Below are positions 36,868 through 40,130 of a stretch of DNA of 40,130 nucleotides, piece after piece. The stretch's first letter is position 1. Every line of letters begins with the position of its first letter. Under the pieces are notes generated by a model, which saw only the letters and a program-made list of their open reading frames with translations, did not search any database and was not told the origin of the DNA. This DNA is from Verrucomicrobiota bacterium (GTDB lineage Bacteria > Verrucomicrobiota > Verrucomicrobiia > Limisphaerales > SXQI01). The stretch lies in assembly GCA_033762115.1 (NCBI GenBank), contig JANRLX010000077.1, positions 1-40,130 on the forward strand. Reading direction: 5' to 3'. Both the position numbers and the translations under genes were made by a program.

Positions 36868-38235
36868 CTACCTGCCCTCCTGAGCAGGCACTGTTCCAGT
36901 TGCACCGACTGTTGGCGCAGGCTGATTTCCGAAAATCAAATACAGAACCAGGCCAAATACCACGATCCCGGCAATGGCGAGGAAAAGTTTTGATGCTCCT
37001 TTGTCCTCTTTTATTGGCTCGTCATAATTGGCCACCTGGGTTGGAGCTGGCCGGGTCCCCTGCAAGGAACTCGTTCGCGTTCCCGTTGTTGTGGCTGATT
37101 GCGTCCCGGTTCGGGCAGGGGTGGGTGGAACCACTCGTGTGCCGCCGGTCGTATAATTGCTTGCCGCCTGTGCAGTGGTTGCCGTCCTGGAACCGGCTGG
37201 TGTCGCTTCACTTTGAGCAACAGATCGTGAACCTGCTGAACGAGAACCTTCAGCTATAATTGCGTCGGCATCCTGCAACCAGGCTGAAGAGACATCCGAT
37301 GGAGCAGCGGGCATGGCCGCGATTTGGGCATCCAGGGTTCCTGCTTCAAGGGCGGCGATTGTTTCCTCAAACCAGGGCACCTGGGCGATTGGGCGAAGGC
37401 AGCATTGTTGCAATAAAGCTGCGAGTTTCTGCACTTTTTCATCAGGACTTTTGGCCAGTCTCGCAAAAATTTTCGAGTTCTGCGCATTGCGATAATCCCC
37501 TGACAAAAAGAGAAGATTGTCCCCCGTGTAAAATTCTTTCCACAAGTCAGGCTCAGATGCGAGCGCCAGCAAGCTGGTGTAAATGACCAGCGATGGAAAA
37601 TTATCCAGGCTCTCATCATAATGATCGGGAAGGCGTCCGGGATGCTGGAAATTGGCATGGCCCAATTCAGGGCTGCGACCTTTTCCAAAAGCGGGGCAGT
37701 ACATGCCATCGTAGTCCACCAATCGCAATTCATGGTTGGGTGTCACCATGATATTGCCATGTTGAAAATCGCCGTGCGCCAGTTTGTGTTTTCGCATGTC
37801 GTTTACCAGTGAACGCCACTGACCTGCCAGTCCGCGCAAATGTTCCGGGTCATTGACATGCTCTTCGATGTAATTATTGAGGGGCATCCCTTCCACCCAC
37901 TCCATTTTTACTATGGGGTACCACTCTCCCCGGACCATGATTCCCTTGAGAAAATAGTCGAACTTCACCAGCCAGGGGAGGGTGATAGCTCCCAAATGCT
38001 GGCATAATCGGGCGTACCTTCCCTGCTGGCCCATGATCTGACGGACGAAACAGCGCACCGCCCATCGCTGTTCCCCGGTGTTAAGTTCATATACGCTGGC
38101 GAAATTCCCCGACATCACACGCGGAAGACCGAGCATGTCGCAAGCGGCAGTTCCGGCTTTGAGGTCCGGTTCAGCAAAACAGAGCGCCGGGTTCTGAATT
38201 GCGTCCTGGTAATCAGTATGAGTGGGCCAGTTCAT
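36868..38235 (-). CDS. Protein kinase-like protein of a TerY-P-type triad, with C-terminal TM anchor
   Basis: GNFASVY loop, MEWVEG, catalytic HGDFQHGNI, VDYDG and FQHP.R. Thr/Ala-rich linker, then TM LFLAIAGIVVFGLVLYLIF. Confidence 0.88.
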   Translation of the reverse strand: MNWPTHTDYQDAIQNPALCFAEPDLKAGTAACDMLGLPRVMSGNFASVYELNTGEQRWAVRCFVRQIMGQQGRYARLCQHLGAITLPWLVKFDYFLKGIMVRGEWYPIVKMEWVEGMPLNNYIEEHVNDPEHLRGLAGQWRSLVNDMRKHKLAHGDFQHGNIMVTPNHELRLVDYDGMYCPAFGKGRSPELGHANFQHPGRLPDHYDESLDNFPSLVIYTSLLALASEPDLWKEFYTGDNLLFLSGDYRNAQNSKIFARLAKSPDEKVQKLAALLQQCCLRPIAQVPWFEETIAALEAGTLDAQIAAMPAAPSDVSSAWLQDADAIIAEGSRSAGSRSVAQSEATPAGSRTATTAQAASNYTTGGTRVVPPTPARTGTQSATTTGTRTSSLQGTRPAPTQVANYDEPIKEDKGASKLFLAIAGIVVFGLVLYLIFGNQPAPTVGATGTVPAQEGR

Positions 38236-38247
38236 AATCAGTTGAGT

Positions 38248-39048
38248 TCAAGTTTCTTTGTCCGGTTTCTTCCAGGTGAAAAGCACGATTGTGGCATCAT
38301 CATTCCGAATCGATTTTTCTTCGCGTAATTTGCCGATCAAATCTTCGAACTCACGAGGCGTTTGGAGCGTGTTCAGAATTTCCCATGGTTTTTCCCCGCT
38401 TTGATGTCGTTCCAAAAACCATTTTGCCACCGCATCCGTCGCCAGGACGAATAAATCATCCGGCTGACACTCCCCCTCATCGGTTCTGATCCCTTCCCAA
38501 ACCCCGGTGTTATGCTCCGCATTACTGGAAAGCAACACAGGGCGGCTGTTGAATTGTTCCGAATTGTCCATGGGGAAGGAATGAATCAACTGTGCATTTC
38601 TGATCTGAAAAAGGCAGGTGTCCCCCACAGACATGGCGTGCCATTTCAGGACCGGCTTTTCCTGTTTCCGGAAAAACCAGGTGCGTCCGAGTAATCCATT
38701 TTTTCGCGGCGGCTCCTCTTCAGCAAAGGTTAAGCCGAGAAAGGTTGAGAAAGCGCCTGTTTTCGCCTTTTCCTCGGCAAACCAGGGCAGGTTTTCCCAA
38801 TCGATCCCGGCAGACCATTCCTTTTGCAGTGGAGCCAGCCATTCTTTCAATTCCTTCGGTTGAGCAGGGGGCGCAGAAGCAAATTGCTTGACCAGGCCTT
38901 GGGCCCAGCGGTCAGCAAAGGAGGACTCCGTCGCTCCGTCCGCGATGGCAAAGCGGCGCGATGTCAGGGAATAGGCAAAGGCGTCTTCGTATTCATCTGC
39001 CGCATTCCCCAGTTTTGCCAACCAGAAAGCTTGAACGTGCGGCTCCAT
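38248..39048 (-). CDS. PP2C-like phosphatase of a TerY-P-type triad
   Basis: EDA, AIADGATES, VGDT, LATDA and NDDAT metal-binding Asp motifs. Confidence 0.88.
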   Translation of the reverse strand: MEPHVQAFWLAKLGNAADEYEDAFAYSLTSRRFAIADGATESSFADRWAQGLVKQFASAPPAQPKELKEWLAPLQKEWSAGIDWENLPWFAEEKAKTGAFSTFLGLTFAEEEPPRKNGLLGRTWFFRKQEKPVLKWHAMSVGDTCLFQIRNAQLIHSFPMDNSEQFNSRPVLLSSNAEHNTGVWEGIRTDEGECQPDDLFVLATDAVAKWFLERHQSGEKPWEILNTLQTPREFEDLIGKLREEKSIRNDDATIVLFTWKKPDKET

Positions 39049-39057
39049 GCGTCTGGG

Positions 39058-39894
39058 CTAGCGCAAATTGCTCGACCGAGTTCCAATATCAAGAAACCGG
39101 ATCAATTCCACCAAATCAGCATTGAAAGCAAAACCGCGCGCATTTTCACCAAGCATCACATTTTCGTTGCGCGCCATTTCACGCAATGTGGTCGGCAGGA
39201 CACTTGAAACGGAAAATAAAATACGGGCGAATTCATCAGGCAACTCTGCGTCACCTTCAGGAAAAATGATCGGCGAAACAGGCCTGTTGGAAATATGGCA
39301 GTTTAGCAGGAGCACGTTGCCATCAAAAGTGCTGAGGCTGCAGAGTGACTCTGCCTGCGGCACAGGTCCGGTGTCGGTCGCTTCACCGTCGGTGATGTTA
39401 ATAACAATTGGCGGATAGGAGCTCTGATGTTTGGCAGTCCAGTCTGCCAGGATTTTATGAGCCATGCTCAAGGCCTGCCCCATCGGGGTGGTTCCTTTGG
39501 CTTTCGGTTCGAACCAGATTGGAAATTTGATCTTTCGGGTCACCACCCCCCCTGCTCCGTCATCCACTTCCTTGGTGCGCTCCTCCACTCGGGCCGGAGA
39601 GCTGGCTACTTCTGAAATTGGCACCAGTTCACGGCCTGCCAATTTTCCGCTAAATCCAGGGCCAACCGTTTCGCCATAACCAATGACGCAGACTTCATAG
39701 AAATTGCGCACCCCTTCTCCACGGGCACATTTGATAATCAGGTTATGAAGCAAACGGTTGATTGCATCAGCCACCCCATCGCACTTTCGTTTATTTTCAC
39801 CCCCGGCGATCGGTTCCACCATCGAGCCGCTTTGGTCGATCAGAAAGATAAAGCAACTCGGGTTTACCCGGCTGATTTCAGCTGTGTAAGGCAT
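39058..39894 (-). CDS. von Willebrand factor A domain protein (TerY/YegL-like)
   Basis: MIDAS LIDQSGSM, GTTPM and NITDGE. First gene of a vWA-PP2C-kinase trio with 9- and 12-nt gaps. Confidence 0.88.
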   Translation of the reverse strand: MPYTAEISRVNPSCFIFLIDQSGSMVEPIAGGENKRKCDGVADAINRLLHNLIIKCARGEGVRNFYEVCVIGYGETVGPGFSGKLAGRELVPISEVASSPARVEERTKEVDDGAGGVVTRKIKFPIWFEPKAKGTTPMGQALSMAHKILADWTAKHQSSYPPIVINITDGEATDTGPVPQAESLCSLSTFDGNVLLLNCHISNRPVSPIIFPEGDAELPDEFARILFSVSSVLPTTLREMARNENVMLGENARGFAFNADLVELIRFLDIGTRSSNLR

Positions 39895-40130
39895 GAGAGT
39901 AATTCAGGGCAGCTTGCCCGATAAATTTATGGCATCTCCGAATCATTAAATGTGTGAAAAAGATCCCGCCTGCGATTCGTCACGACTCGAATAGCCAAAC
40001 CACCGTTTCAAATCAACTACAAACTTGCCCTTTACAAAAACTGTGCCTGACATCTCACCTTGTATCGACATTTCCGCTGGAAGACTTGATGGAGGGATTC
40101 GCACTCCGCCTGGCTTAATTTGTCAGGCTT

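Noticed and set aside
40033..40048. Sigma54-like motif AGGCACAGTTTTTGTA upstream of the vWA gene (minus strand)
   Set aside because: The conserved -12 GC reads GT, so it is too uncertain to list as a feature.

Overview
Gene-dense bacterial chromosomal window. Gene content and protein style suggest Verrucomicrobiota (Pedosphaera-like); this is inference only. Left to right: (1) the upstream edge of an NRPS cluster running off the left end, with a C-A(Ile/Val-like) gene, an interface-like-A(His-like)-T gene and an unannotated C-terminal remnant of a SyrP/TauD hydroxylase; (2) a WecB/TagA glycosyltransferase fused to two STAS domains, plus a GT4; (3) a hidden 38-aa membrane peptide with a sigma54-type promoter, a bPH_2 protein, a Cys-less FGE-like protein, an orphan response regulator and an M48 peptidase; (4) a LolD/MacB-type ABC operon; (5) two small membrane ORFs and a ~300-bp TCCCAC-repeat/palindrome array before glyQS; (6) slyX, larB-larC-Trm112-like, Rieske protein, ABC-2 permease, DAACS transporter, secreted EEP nuclease and dinB; (7) a vWA-PP2C-kinase (TerY-P-type) triad directly upstream of a pilMNOPQ-like operon that ends in a 1199-aa secreted NHL/cohesin-like protein and a terminator. 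Exported proteins show a marked Thr-Asn dipeptide excess. No rRNA, tRNA, CRISPR or transposase was recognised.
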